Source: Gonapodya sp. JEL0774
Lineage: Eukaryota
Reading direction: 5' to 3'
Assembly (NCBI GenBank): GCA_027604505.1
Contig: JADIIX010000085.1
Span: forward strand, 62,001 to 97,320
DNA length: 35,320 bases
A program made the position numbers and the translations under genes. Below, piece after piece: positions 12,054 to 24,156 of the stretch; position 1 is the first letter of the stretch; every line of letters begins with the position of its first letter. Below the pieces are notes generated by a model. The model worked only from the letters and a program-made list of their open reading frames with translations, had not been told where the DNA came from and ran no database searches.

Positions 12054-12698
12054 ACTATCTCTTTCAACAAGTTGGGAGCGGGTTGAAAGAGTGACCGAAA
12101 CATTGGTTGAACTCAATTTTTTCGACCTGAATTATTTGACAGCTGACTGCTTTCAGTGCGAATCTACAAGCTATTTCGCACGTGCCCTGAATTTATCTTC
12201 GAATCGAGGGTTTCGGCAATACATCCAACGCACTGCCGTTGCCGTTGCCGTGGTGAGTCGTGTGAGATTTCTAAATTCAGACTGGAATTGTCCCTTCTCT
12301 CCGTTCTTCTCTCGAGACTTAGAAGACGTAACACCGAGGAGACAAGTGGTTGCAGCAAAGAGAGCTTGTAACCACGACTCATCGCAGATCCGTGATGTGA
12401 CTTCATTGGAGCGCGCATACTACGCACTACAGCTCAACAGGGTTAATGCGACAATCAAATTCTTCAGAATTCAAATTTACTTTCAAGACGGGCACCCCGG
12501 GGAGGGACGAATCCCCAAGCTTATGAAAATGAGTGTGAAAATGCATTTACGTTGATAAACTGCCGTGTGCACCTAATGCGTGCAACAAATGAAATACATC
12601 ATGCCAATCGTGGTTCTCAATGTTCAAAAAGGACCAAACGAATCTTTGATCGCGAGAGCAGGTAATGAGGGGAAATAGCATCCAAGCGATTCCCGAGC

Positions 12699-13599
12699 TC
12701 ATGGCCCTCGCCGTAAGCTCAGAAGCAAAGACGCCTCGAGTACAGGCACGGGGGGATTCGATAAATCAAGTGGCTGAGCGGTAAATTTGATAGGCAGGTA
12801 TGAAGTGAGGACAATTCACAAAACTGGAATCTGCGACAAACGCTTACCGGCTGATGGTGTTCTCCGATTGTATCTTTGCCCCCTAACGACCCAGTAGCGT
12901 TTCTGAACGCAATACTCTCTACTCTTTCATCCATCTCCCCACGAACTTCCTCTGGAGTGGAGGGTGCTCGCTGGTCTTGTGGTGCCTCCTTCGTGGGGAT
13001 ATCGGGATTGGGTGTAAGCGACTTTCGGCTCGACCTTCGCCGTCCAGAGGCTATAGACAATTCGACCGTCGAGTGCGCGGCTTCGCCTTCCAAAACTCTT
13101 TCGGGGCTACCCGTTTCCCCGGAACTACTGCTCTCGTCGCTCCACTCTGCTGTCCGCTTCCTCGCCGCTCCCTTTGCTTTCCCTGCTTTTCGTTTGCCCT
13201 GATGCTTTTTGTAATGGCGATTTCGGGCATCTTCACGAGCAAAGCCTCTGTTGCAACCGGGGTGCGTGCACACAAAGGGCTTTTCACCCGTGTGTCCTGG
13301 AACAATGGGATGATGCAGTCGTTGAGACAAAACGAATCGCAACAGCAAATCACCCAAGAATATATGTACTCACGCAGTACGTGTCGCTGCAGGTGTTCCA
13401 ATCGGGCGAAGATGGTTGTGCAATGTGGGCAGGGGAATGTACGGCGCCTGAACACAATGTTGGAGGACATTGGTATCGTGGAGGATGAGATCGGCGCAGG
13501 ACAGGGAAGCGACGTCGCCGGGGAGGTGTTGAAGGAGGCGAACGGATCTGGGGGGAGCGAAGCGTCCCACAAGTTGGGAGTGTAGCGCGACGCGAGCAT
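12699..13599 (-). CDS. Fungal two-finger C2H2 zinc-finger transcription factor
   Basis: FPCPHCTTIFARLEHLQRHVL, intron, HTGEKPFVCTHPGCNRGFAREDARNRHYKKH; predicted last exon (after an intron at about 12847-12774) PLDLSNPPVPVLEASLLLSLRRGP*. 5' end uncertain; upstream exons possible. Confidence 0.88.
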
Positions 13600-14961
13600 T
13601 GGAGTTGGTGGTTGTGTGCGATACAACAACGATACGATCGAAGTAGACGCGGGGCGTTTTCAATCTGGGTTGAGCGCAGACTTTTCGTGGAAATTAAAGC
13701 CTTGATTGAATGATGCGACCCGCGCAAGAAAGTGGGGAAAGCGTGATGGCATTATGGTGTTTTCGAGGGTGAGGAGTTGAAGGGTATTTCTCGCACCATA
13801 TTCTGTGGCTGGGTGATTGCGCCATATTTAGACCACACAGCACGGCCTATTCCAATTCCAAAGATTCCAAAATCAAAACAGAGCTTGTCGACACATCCTT
13901 TCCCCCCCCGTCGATCCATGTACCCCATCTCTCTCCCACCTTCCCTCTCCACGTTCGGCTGTCGATACCGAAACTTCAGCGCCGAGGAATTCACGAGTTT
14001 TAAATTGGTGTTGGACACAAAACTCTTGTAGTATGCCATCGACGTGGATGGATCGTTTTCCGGAGATTCGCTCCGCTGTTATACATTCTGGCGTGATCGG
14101 CAATCCCCGAATGGCCACAGTAATTCTTCAATCCCAAGAATCTGCGTCCACTTCACTCTGGATAGATTTACACCTTGAATAAATAAATTGTTGTGAATAT
14201 TATGTAGTTCACTCGTTGAGACTGCAATCAGCAACATCTCCAGTTGTTTCATGACTCAAGTAAAAGCGGGAAGCCACAACAAGTCTGCGTGTTGTTCCGT
14301 TCTCGAATCGAGCCACAAAAGCAACGGCGAACGATTGAATCAAACAAATTTGAAGCACCCGAGTCACTGGAGACACATCTCAAAACATGCCATAACAACG
14401 TTTTTTGTGGAGAAGCACTCGTACGATTTGGACGATGGAGGAGGAGATAATCTGAGATTGCTGCCATACCCCACAGGTGCATGATCATGTTTTGGAAGAA
14501 TGGAAGGACGGGGGATTCGTGGAGTGGAAGTGCTAAAGCGTGCAGGTATTGAATCGAACGCTGAGCAGAATACTATTCTCATCGTCCAATCTTTGAAGAA
14601 AGTAAACGGTTATCTGCTTCCTGAACTCACTCGCGAAGAGGAATGTCATCAGGTTCCGCGTGGGGGAGCAGCAGGGACGGAAATCCGCTTGTTGGGAGTC
14701 GCGTCAACAAACTGCAGAATGCTTTCGATAGAGTCCAAGACTCCACCAGAGCAAAGATCTTGTCTGCCTTTATCGTGGCTCGTGAGATGTTCCGACTCTT
14801 TCCCGGCTGGCGGTTTGCGTTTGTGTTGAGGTGCATGTAGTAGGGAGGCCACAGCTGTGCGTTTCAACTCGATTACGCTGCTGTCTCAGTCGGCGCAACC
14901 AGCCAATATTTAAGCAGGGAGGCGACTCTCTTTTGAGCACTCGTTTTACAAACCCAGCCCA

Positions 14962-16280
14962 ATGACCAAACCAGTGGTATGAGTGCTCGGATCTCCCCTG
15001 TCACCAGCCTCCACAACCGCGTTCATCACCGTCAATCCACTCCCACGTACTTTAAATTCAGATCCTTCTGTTCGGGGCCACCGGCAAACAAGGCTCCGCA
15101 GTACTTTCCTGTCTTCAGCAAAATGCGTCCGTCACACATTCTCTCCGCATCGTCACTCGTGACCCATCGTCTGCCAAGGCTCGCTCCATCGCCGCTTCGG
15201 GTGTCGAGGTCCTGAAAGGCGACCTTCTCGACGCCACGTCACTAAAAGACGCCATGAAGGGTGTTTGGGGGGTCTATCTGGTCACCGACAATATGGGGAA
15301 GGGTGGTGTCGAGGGCGAGGGGAGACAGGTATGAATTGTGTCGCTGACATGGACATCAATCACATGCATGCGCCGATTTCAACTTCATGAACAGGCCAAA
15401 AATGCCATCAATGAGGCTATTCTAGCTGGCGTGCAGTACTTTGTGTATTGCAGCTCGTCTGGCGCTACAAGTGTGAACGAGGCCGCCCAGTAAGTCCACA
15501 GCAACCGTTACTTTCATTCTGCTCAATCAATTACAACCAATGATCTAATTAGATGTGTGCGCCATCTTACTCAGAACAGTAACTCATTTCACAAGCAAGC
15601 GCTCCATCGAACAACTCATCATATCAACGCCGTGGCCTTTTGGATACGCGATTCTTCGACCGGGATCATTTTTCGAGAACTTGGAGGTGATGGGACCTCT
15701 ATCACTTGGCTCGCTCTCGAGTATCACTCCTGCAAGCGTGAGGCTCAAATGGATCTCCACTGCGGATATTGGCAAGTTTGTCGCACTTGCGTTTGTCAAG
15801 CCGGAGTTGTTCAAGGGCAAGGCAACAGAGATTGTCGGTGATTGGATCTCGCCGAATGAAATGGCAACGGTGAGTTGTGCTTTCAGTTCCATCGAAGGGA
15901 GAGCTCCGAGCGACTCATGTCGTATGTACCTCCTTCCTGATCTGCCAACAGGTTCTTACTGAGCTCACGGGAGCAAAATGGTCGTACAGTCAGATGCCCC
16001 CACTCCTCCTTCGCCTGTTTTCACGTGACTTGTGGTTGATGGTCACAGCAATGGACAAGCTGGACGTGGTCCAGGTAAGTTTGATGTGTTCATGGATTGC
16101 GGCGGAGTGACGGGTACCTCAATTTACATAATGATTCCGCAGACCGACATAGCCAGTCTCAAGCAGATCCAGCCCGAACTTCAGTCGTTCCGTGACTGGT
16201 GTGTAGCAAAAGGAATCGGAAAGTCTGGAGATGGGTCGTACGTGTACGCAAAGACGCTGTGGCAGAAGGTATTCGGGTGA
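14962..16280 (+). CDS. NmrA-like NAD(P)-binding protein (atypical SDR)
   Basis: MTKPV|ILLFGATGKQGSAV Rossmann motif; GVEVLKGDL; HFTSKRSIEQ; AILRPGSFFEN; ISTADIGKFVALAFVKPELFKGK; multiple GT-AG introns. Confidence 0.9.
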
Positions 16281-16457
16281 GAGTAGGAACTGGCAATGAA
16301 AACTTTTTCGATTCATTGATCTGCAAGGAAATTCGGCGCACTTGCCGCTTGGTCATTGTTTCTGTACAGAGTACAAGAGATTTTGATTCGCAATAATAAG
16401 TGGACCTCCTCAGCTATCACACAATCTTCATTTCTGAGACGGTCCATTCCAACGAGT

Positions 16458-17455
16458 TCAGTCCCCCTGCACGTCAATACCGGTTACATTCCAAAAGTTC
16501 TTCTGACACACGGTCTTGTGCCTTCCCCAGTGTGCCTTCTGACAGTCCACATCGCAGTACATTGCTATTCCATACCTCATACACGTCATTTTTGTAGCAA
16601 GGTTTGTGCATCCGATCAATGCGCACGACGATTCCACGTCCTCGGTTTGGAACTGCTTGGGGTACTTGTTCACCATCGAGAGCAACGCCTTGTGGGCAGC
16701 AACATTTGAGCCCGACAGCGAGTACACTCTGAACTTTAAGCCGAATTTTCTTCCAGCGCCTTTTCGCTCTCTGTGTACACCAACGCCATGAACTCGATTT
16801 TGCGGTCCGCGTCGAACGACCACCAGCCACCCTGGAGGAGAATCTTGGGAAGTATAGAGTGGAATCCCCCAGTCTTTTTCACGAGCTTTGCGTACCGTGA
16901 TGCGGCTTCCTTGTCCATTTGCGGTGTCAATTTGTGGAGCACGGAATTGGTGATACCCCGCACAGCTCCTGACACTCGGGTCTGTTGGGCCAAGGTGGAT
17001 GATGATTCGGGAGGAGAGCTTCGCTTGGCACTCAAGCTATCAGTAGCAGCTTCGAGCACACGAGGAAGAGGGTTGAGTGAAGGTTCGATGAGGATGGTGC
17101 GGAGCGTTCGCGAGAGCATGCAGAATCGAGTCAGCTGGATGGTCAGATGTGTGTTCATATCCGCATCTGTAGCGTCGGGCGGAGGCAAGAAATGTCGCGC
17201 CATATCCCTTCCGAAGGAGCTGGCCAGCACGACGGTGTGGAGTTTCCCGCCCGCTGACCAGCAGACGATCGTCCTCGTTGAACACATCGCGTCTGAGCTG
17301 TCTCAGTGCCGCCAATGCACGGTCGATGGCGTCCTGGCGGAGACCATCGTCGTGGATGTCGTCCACATCGTTCCAGTAGGCCCAGTACCGGCCGATCAAA
17401 CCGCTTGTAGCCGTCTGGGTGAGATTCTGTTTCCTCCAGTACGTGTTCGTTCTCT
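16458..17455 (-). pseudogene. Frameshifted zf-MYND domain gene (pseudogene or homopolymer sequencing errors); 5' end not defined
   Basis: The coding-like frame switches at about 17252 (extra G in AGCGGGCGGG) and about 16748 (missing A in GAAGAAAATTC), with no room for introns. C-terminal MYND CALIGC...CMRYGIAMYCDVDCQKAHWGRHKTVC has Tyr in place of a Cys ligand. Confidence 0.65.
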
Positions 17456-18398
17456 GTTCTTAGTTTTATGATGATTTCAGGTCCCATATGGAGGTGGTTG
17501 GAGAGGTGTGGGGACGATGTGAATGCTGTGAAATAGTCTGGCGTGACACTCGCAATTGATTCGACAGACATCGGCGATACGAGCTCTCGAAATTTTACTC
17601 AAACGTTTTAAATACTCTCGTAATGGCGATACTTGACAAAAAAAATATGACCGTGTCAATCGAAACCGGACCTCCGGGCGTGTGAATTCCCACCGCACCC
17701 CACCAGGATAACGATAAACCGTCACCAGTTTTGGGAGTATATGTAGTTCCAGTGATATGTAGTCCACTCACTGGAACTTGCAACAAGCAGTGTGTATGTA
17801 CTGTTCCCGGTTCTGCGTAATACGCAGTACGTGCCAACCATTGCCACCAAGTGAACTCATCATTCACATGGGGCAGAACTCGGTGGGGAGAACTCAGTAA
17901 ACCAACGTGGGTCACTATGACGCTGGATCGAGAAACAACCCCAACATCCGTTGAAACCACCCACACCCCATTAAAGTGGTATAATACTCATCTTCTATTA
18001 TGTAAATTCAACATGGTTGAACAAACCCGCGTGCCATAGTATTGCAAATGCTTTTCGCCGATGCCGCTCGGTGACCCTCCTACTCCCCTTATGTACACAA
18101 CATCCACGTCCCCTTCTCGCGCTCCAACCATCTTCCAGAACGCCACGCAACGTCACGACTCGAAAACCAACCACCAACCGTGACCGTCCACAGTCCAGGT
18201 CCACGTCCAGTGTCCCGCCACACATAAGAACCCGCTCCCCGCTGCGCACCACACCCTGGCCCGGTCCTACTATCCAATTAACAATACCACCACATAACAC
18301 CCACCGGAAAAGAAAGAAAAAACCCGAAAAAAAATGTCGCATATCGTCACCCAAACCACGTCCTTCCCCATCCCGCACCGTCCCCTCCCCCCCTCTCC

Positions 18399-21033
18399 TC
18401 ACACCGCCACCCTCACCACCAACACCCCCAACGCCGCCACCACCGCCGCAATGAGCACATCGAGGATAACCAGCTCGGTTTCGGGTCGGAGACCTGGACT
18501 GGGACCTGAACTAGGACTGGGTCGGGTCGGGGGCTGCGGAGGGAGGGTTGGTGTGGGTGCAGGTGCGGGGACGGGGACGGGTCGTGCAGGGGCAGGAGCG
18601 GATGCGGTGTGCGCTCGGGGTGGTTGAGAAGTAGAAGTCTGTGCGGGCCCCGCATGTGCTGTGACACCCGCCGCAGGTGATGGGGATGGTACGGACGTCG
18701 CCGATTCCGGCGTGGGCGTCGAAGGTGCCGCGGGCGTGGGTCTCGCGGAGGGACCCTGCTGCTGCTGCCCTGCCGCGGCCTCCGCCGCCCCATCCCCCGC
18801 CTCACCGCCCTCCTTCCTGCTCTCCCCCTCGTAGTCCATCCTCATCATCGAGATGAGCTCCCTCGCCGCCTCGGCCTCGGCATCCCCGCTCCCCTTCTTG
18901 GCGGTCGAACCGTCACCTTGTCCTCCTCCAGTTGCTCCTGCCCCTGCTCCTGCTCCGTCTTGGGCTCCCGCACCCCCCGCCGCGGGTGGTGGTGGTCTGG
19001 GCGGGAGAGGGGGTAAGAGCGTCCCGTTGGGGATTTTGCACTGGGGGCAGGTCCAGAGGGGTGATCTGGAGGAGGGGTGGGGGGGGTAGGGTGGTGCGTG
19101 GAGGGACACCAAAGGGCGATATCCGAAGACCATGGCCCGCATCGTACGTGAGAATCAAACCACGCACGCACGCGCACCAAACCCCTCATATCCCACCCCC
19201 GCCCCCAGCTCACCCCCCCAACTCACATCCTGGCCTCTTTCCTCCTCCCCTCGTCTCCCACCTCGAGCGCGCCCACGGCGCCTTCTGCCCGTGTGGGCAT
19301 GAAGGAGAGCAGGGCCAGGAGGACGGTGCGGACTTTTGCGGGTTGTGGGTGGGGGTGCGGTGGGGTGCGGGGAGGTGAGCGGGACGGCGATGGGACGAGG
19401 AAAGGGACACACACCGTCGCGGCCGACACATATCTCGCACCTCCCACATACCCCACACCCCAACACCCCACCCCCTCGCCGTGCCTCTCGAGACACTAAC
19501 CCGCGGCCCCCCACCCCCCCCACCAAACACCAAGCAAAAAACGCTATTATAAGCCCCCAATAACGACAAACGCGTCCCCCCGGGTACCACGGAATACTTC
19601 GCTACAAAAAAAGAGGTGAGGNNNNNNNNNNCCGAAACATATCTCGCACCTCCCACCTACCCCACACCCCAACTCCCAACCCCCTCGCCGTTCATCTCGT
19701 GACCCTAACCCGCTGCCCCGCACCCCCCCACCCCCGCACCCCCGCACCCACGCTCCCTCGCACTACTCACTCCCCCACGCAGGCCGCCAAAACTCGGGGT
19801 GGAATCCCGTGACGGACAGGCATATCTTTTCGTTGACGCGGAAGCGGCCGTTGGGCTGGTGGGGGGGAGGGGGGTTGAGTGGATGGTGGTGGAGGGTGGA
19901 GGGTGGGTTCAACTCCCACCGTACAGCGTGGCACCTCGACACCCGAGAAACTCCACGCAGTGCAGGTATCCAGCTCAATTTTGATCCCATCTACAGCATC
20001 CGTCTACAGCGCACCGCCAACCCCACCAACAATCGCCGAAACAATCGCCGACCCGACCGCGCGGCGCCGCATGGCCCCTCGAGTCCCCATGCAGTCAAGG
20101 TATCCGACTTATCCTGTTGGTTCACACGTACACATACACATACACATACACATACAACCCGGTGCATGCCAGCTCGGTCCACTCCGTCGGACGGACCCCA
20201 CACACCGGGTACCCCGTAACCCGTACTGGGTCCATGCCCACACCATATCAAAGACGACGTCACCTCGCACCTCGCACCTCGCACACACCGGTCCACGGCA
20301 CTTGGTTCCACTCGGGTGTCTGGCTTGTGGGTACCTCCACGTGGACGGACTCGTTCGACGTGTCGAAGATCCAACCCCACACACCACGTACCGCACATAC
20401 ATACCCCACCGCCCACTCCTCCCCCCCTCCACCACACCCACACACACACACTCCAAACTCACCGTGAGGAAAATAATACTCGGGGGTTTGAAAGGGTACT
20501 CTGGAGGTAGGAGGATGCGGCCGTGGTATCTGGGGTCGGTGGGCGGTGGGCGGTAGGGCCGCAAGGGTGAGTGGAGGTGGGGTCAGTGGATACGTGGGAT
20601 ATGTAGAATACGTGTCCTGTCCTTCCCTCCATCCTTGGGTTTGGTTGGGACAAGCTCACTCTCGGTGTTGCTCTGGTGTGACGCGGTCCTCTGGTTCGTT
20701 CCGCCCACCTCTGGTCCGGTTCGCTCTGTGCTCACCTCCTGCTGGGGCAGGATCCGACCCCGACTCGCAACTCACATTCCGCCTTCAAAGGGTGTGTCGA
20801 CGGGGCCTCTGACAGTGAAATGCCACTCGAACAAGTTGTCGTCGAGGGGGTTGGCGACGAAATGGGGATCAGGTTCGTTATGGAGTTGCTTAAGTTCTGA
20901 TAGAATGCGTTTTATGGCTGGAGGGGGGGAAGGGTGGACGGAGGGACGGGTGGACGCGGCGGAGGGGTGAGAGTGGGACGAAGGGGAGTGGGAGACAAAA
21001 GAACGCACCGGGAGAGCGTGAGGATGACGTCAT
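18399..21033 (-). CDS. UBC6: Tail-anchored ubiquitin-conjugating enzyme E2, Ubc6/UBE2J1 family (ERAD)
   Basis: Six exons (21033-21009, 20917-20776, 20529-20463, 19855-19771, 19332-19227, 19065-18399): AIKRILSE, NLFEWHFTVRGP, YHGRILLPPEYPFKPP, PNGRF...KICLSVTGFHPEFWRPAWG (catalytic Cys), RTVLLALLSFMP, CPQC, C-terminal TM DVLIAAVVAALGVLVV. Confidence 0.93.
19428..19745. repeat. Imperfect ~100-bp duplication flanking an assembly gap (N run 19622-19631)
   Basis: ACATATCTCGCACCTCCCAC...CCCTCGCCGT...CTAACCCGC begins at 19428 and again at 19637. Confidence 0.8.
20128..20156. repeat. (CATACA)n microsatellite in UBC6 intron 3
   Basis: gtacacatacacatacacatacacataca read directly from the sequence. 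Confidence 0.85.
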
Positions 21034-21795
21034 TTGATGGGAGACAGGTGGGAGACAGTTGGGACAGGCGACGCAGTCGGAGGGGATCAAGCTGGTTTGG
21101 CGTGGTCTGGGGTGCTGAGGGGAAGACCACCACCACACTTGGACCATGCACCACGTTCGCACTCCCAAAATACATTTGAGCTGTGGAATCTGCTTTTATA
21201 AACCGGTTTGGTTCCAACTCTCGTCCAAGATCATATTTATCTGCTGATGAGTCATGTACATACATATGGCAGACGCTTCTGACCAAGCCCTCGTGCCCAC
21301 TGTCGTCTTAAATGCGTGACGTGAAGGCTAGTATAGTTACGCTCAGTTCGAGTGTAAAGTAAAACGTAGCTCGTTGCTCTTTGATACCTAGTTCATTCAC
21401 TGCAGTTGGCCGTGCCCTCATAATAGCAGCAGCCACCAAGTTAGTAAGTCTTTTTTCCAAGGCCTGCATGTCAATAAGCAAGGTGGCTTCTACGCTTACG
21501 TGGGTCCTTTTCGTTGCCTTCACGGCATGCTCAGCATTCATTAAGATCCACCTACGACCTAGTCCGGTCACAGTCAGCTCAGTGCTCCGGGTGTTCCTTC
21601 CAAGCCCGTTGATCAGTGAGCTCGAGCAGTCGAGCAGTCGAGCTTGCTGCTTGCGAGTATTCTAGCACGGTTTGTTCGATTTCCACAGGTCCAGGTGTCG
21701 CGTGGTTGAAGTTCGGGATGGCTGTGCAGGCTATTTCTTGTGGGCTCCCGACGGGGACTGGATCATACGACATACACAGAAGCAGCAGCACAGCG

Positions 21796-23824
21796 ATGGA
21801 CATGGACCCAAGCATGATCGCGTTCTTCTCAAAATCAAAGTTTGCTGTTGTCGGCGCAAAGTGAGCCCGAGGATTTTGTTTGTTCTTTCCGGCCATCACT
21901 GACACCGAATCCACGTTTCCCCCTATTTCATTCCAGCGCCGACCCTTCCCGATTCGGCAACAGGATTTTCAGATGGTATCTCCAAAGAGGTCTCCACGTC
22001 GTGCCCGTCAATCCTGTGCGTACATACTCACCCCACATCCTCGGAGGGCGGTGAGGAGGCAGACTGGCCGAGACTCAGACCGGTGGTGGGAGGTCAAAGG
22101 CGAACCCCGAGACACAGGCAGAGAGGAGTGAGCCGAGCGAGTGAACCGGCGTGGGCGAGATTTGGCGGGCATGTCTTGTCCCGCCGCCGAGAGACACTTG
22201 AGCGGGTTGACGTGCGTCATGGGATGTGGAGCGGCACTCTAGATCCGAACAAAAGGGCGAAAGAAGCTCGCGGACGCCCCAGTGGATTCCGCCTGGGGAC
22301 CAGCCCCGAGGAGGGTAGGGCGAGCGGGGGAAGCCTGTGCCTGGACTGGACGTAGTCCGACCATTGTCATGGTGGTGGAAAGATTTCAATGTGTAGAAAC
22401 TCAGAATGGGACACACGACCGTCCCCACGAGGAACCGACGAACGAGGTATGCAAAGTATCAACCCATCCCCGCTCCCCACTTTTACACCTCGTCGTGGTA
22501 ATGACTTGTGGTTCGGTGGCCTGGTGGTGGCACGTGGGATTGGTGACGGGAGACGGGCGCCACGGCTGGGTCCACACCGTGCTGGCCCAGACGCTGTGCC
22601 AGAGTGCACCGGTCCGTCGATCCGTCCATCACTTGACCACGCGGGCCAAACCCCTCACCCCTCGAACCGAACAGCCTTTCGAGTGCCTCACACTTCCCAC
22701 CTTCCCTTCTCCCTCCTCCCCCACGCCCCCACACACACACACAATCAGACCCTCCCCACCCTCCTCTCCCACCCCACGTACCCCTCCCTCTCGTCCATCC
22801 CCGACCTGGTCGCCAACCCGCAGGACTGGTCCGTGTCGGTCGTCACACCCCCGCACGTGACAAGAGAGGTGATCGACGAGGCGGTCGCGGTGGGGGGGGG
22901 CCTGGGGGGGAGGGTGTGGTTGCAGGTGAGCGGGGGCGGGGCGGGAGCATAGGGGGACAGGTCCGGGCCGGTGGTGCGGGCGAAAGGACGAGAGGGAGGG
23001 AGTGTGTCGGAGGTGAAGGGCGAATCGCGCGCGCGCCCCCCTGCCGGCGAGTAGATACTCGGGAGATGACATACGGGAAAGAGGAAACAGAGCACCGCTG
23101 TCCACGACCAAAGTGAGGCGGTGTGCGTCGACCAAGTGGGAGAGGAACAAGTGCGGTCCATATCGGCCCGTCGGAGGGCTCGGATACACGGACCAGTGCA
23201 AACCCGACCTACCGCGCTCGGAAAGATGGCCCACGTGAGACCGGGTTCGACCCTTCCTAGGCCCGGAGACACTCAAACCCGGTCAAGGGCTCACGGACTC
23301 ACTGCTTGTTCAAACGAAACGGGTAACGGTACTCACCCCGGATTCGTCCATCCATCCACCTCTCTCCCCTTCCTCTTCCTAAACACCCCAAACACCCCAA
23401 AACATCTCCCCACCCCCCGCACAAGCCGGGCACCTTCGACCGCCAGGTCCTGGCCCGGCTGGCCCACCACGGCATCCTCGACACCGCTGTGTGGAGGGAC
23501 GGGGCGTGTGTGCTCGTGCAGGGGGATGAGGTGGGCACCGGGGGGGAGGGGGGGAGGGGCAGACCTCATCTTTAGAACAGGTGATGAGTNNNNNNNNNNG
23601 GGGGGGGGGCCGGGGGCACGTGGGCGGGGGCGTAAACTGCACATCCCATACATCACTCCACCTCCCACACCCACCGCCCCACGCACCACCACCAGGCCCG
23701 CCGCCTCGCTCTCGCCCCATCGACCGCCTCAGCCGTCTTTGCCGCGGGCGGGGACGACACGGAAGGCCAGGGTGTTGGTGAGGGGGATAACACTGAAGGC
23801 GGGCGCGGGCGGGCAAAGGTGTAG
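21796..23824 (+). CDS. Small CoA-binding (YccU-like, CoA_binding_2) protein
   Basis: FFSKSKFAVVGAN|ADPSRFGNRIFRWYLQRGLHVVPVNP|...SVSVVTPPHVTREVI...VWLQ|PGTFD...ACVLVQGDE|...RAKV*. Introns 21861-21936, 22016-22748, 22926-23425, 23531-23695 (the last spans an N gap, so the final exon is less certain). Confidence 0.85.
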
Positions 23825-24156
23825 GAGTGGCGGACGAGAAGGGTTGCGAACGGTGGATACGGTGGAATCAAGTGGGAGATCGATTGCGAGGAGTGCGTTG
23901 TGGCGTCGATGCGTGCACGGAACGGCGAGGGGGAAATGATGTGGACGAGAACGGGGGCGGGCTCGGGCCACGGCGGGAGAGCGGTTTGCCGTTTCGTCGT
24001 GGTGGCTGGTGCCTTGTTGCCTTGGTTTGTTTGGGATATGGATGTGTGCGTGTGTGTGTATTTGTGAGGTCGTCCGTGGCGGAACGGGGAAAGTGTGGAG
24101 GGCGGAGGGTCAGAGGGGGAGAGGGGCAGACCTCATCTTTAGAACAGGTGATGAGT
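23554..24156. repeat. Exact 36-bp direct repeat, one copy abutting an assembly gap (N run 23590-23599)
   Basis: GAGGGGCAGACCTCATCTTTAGAACAGGTGATGAGT at 23554-23589 and 24121-24156. Confidence 0.9.

Noticed and set aside
3327..17455. Functional cluster of SET/MYND chromatin genes
   Set aside because: The two SET genes belong to different subfamilies with no evident similarity, and unrelated genes intervene; likely coincidental.
19428..19745. Tandem repeat or mobile element in the UBC6 intron
   Set aside because: The copies sit on either side of a 10-N gap and one looks degraded; most likely unmerged, low-quality contig ends.
23554..24156. 36-bp direct repeats as LTRs, target-site duplication or CRISPR-like repeats
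   Set aside because: Only two copies, one ending exactly at an N gap after a G run; best explained as misassembly. No cas or TE genes, and the context is eukaryotic.
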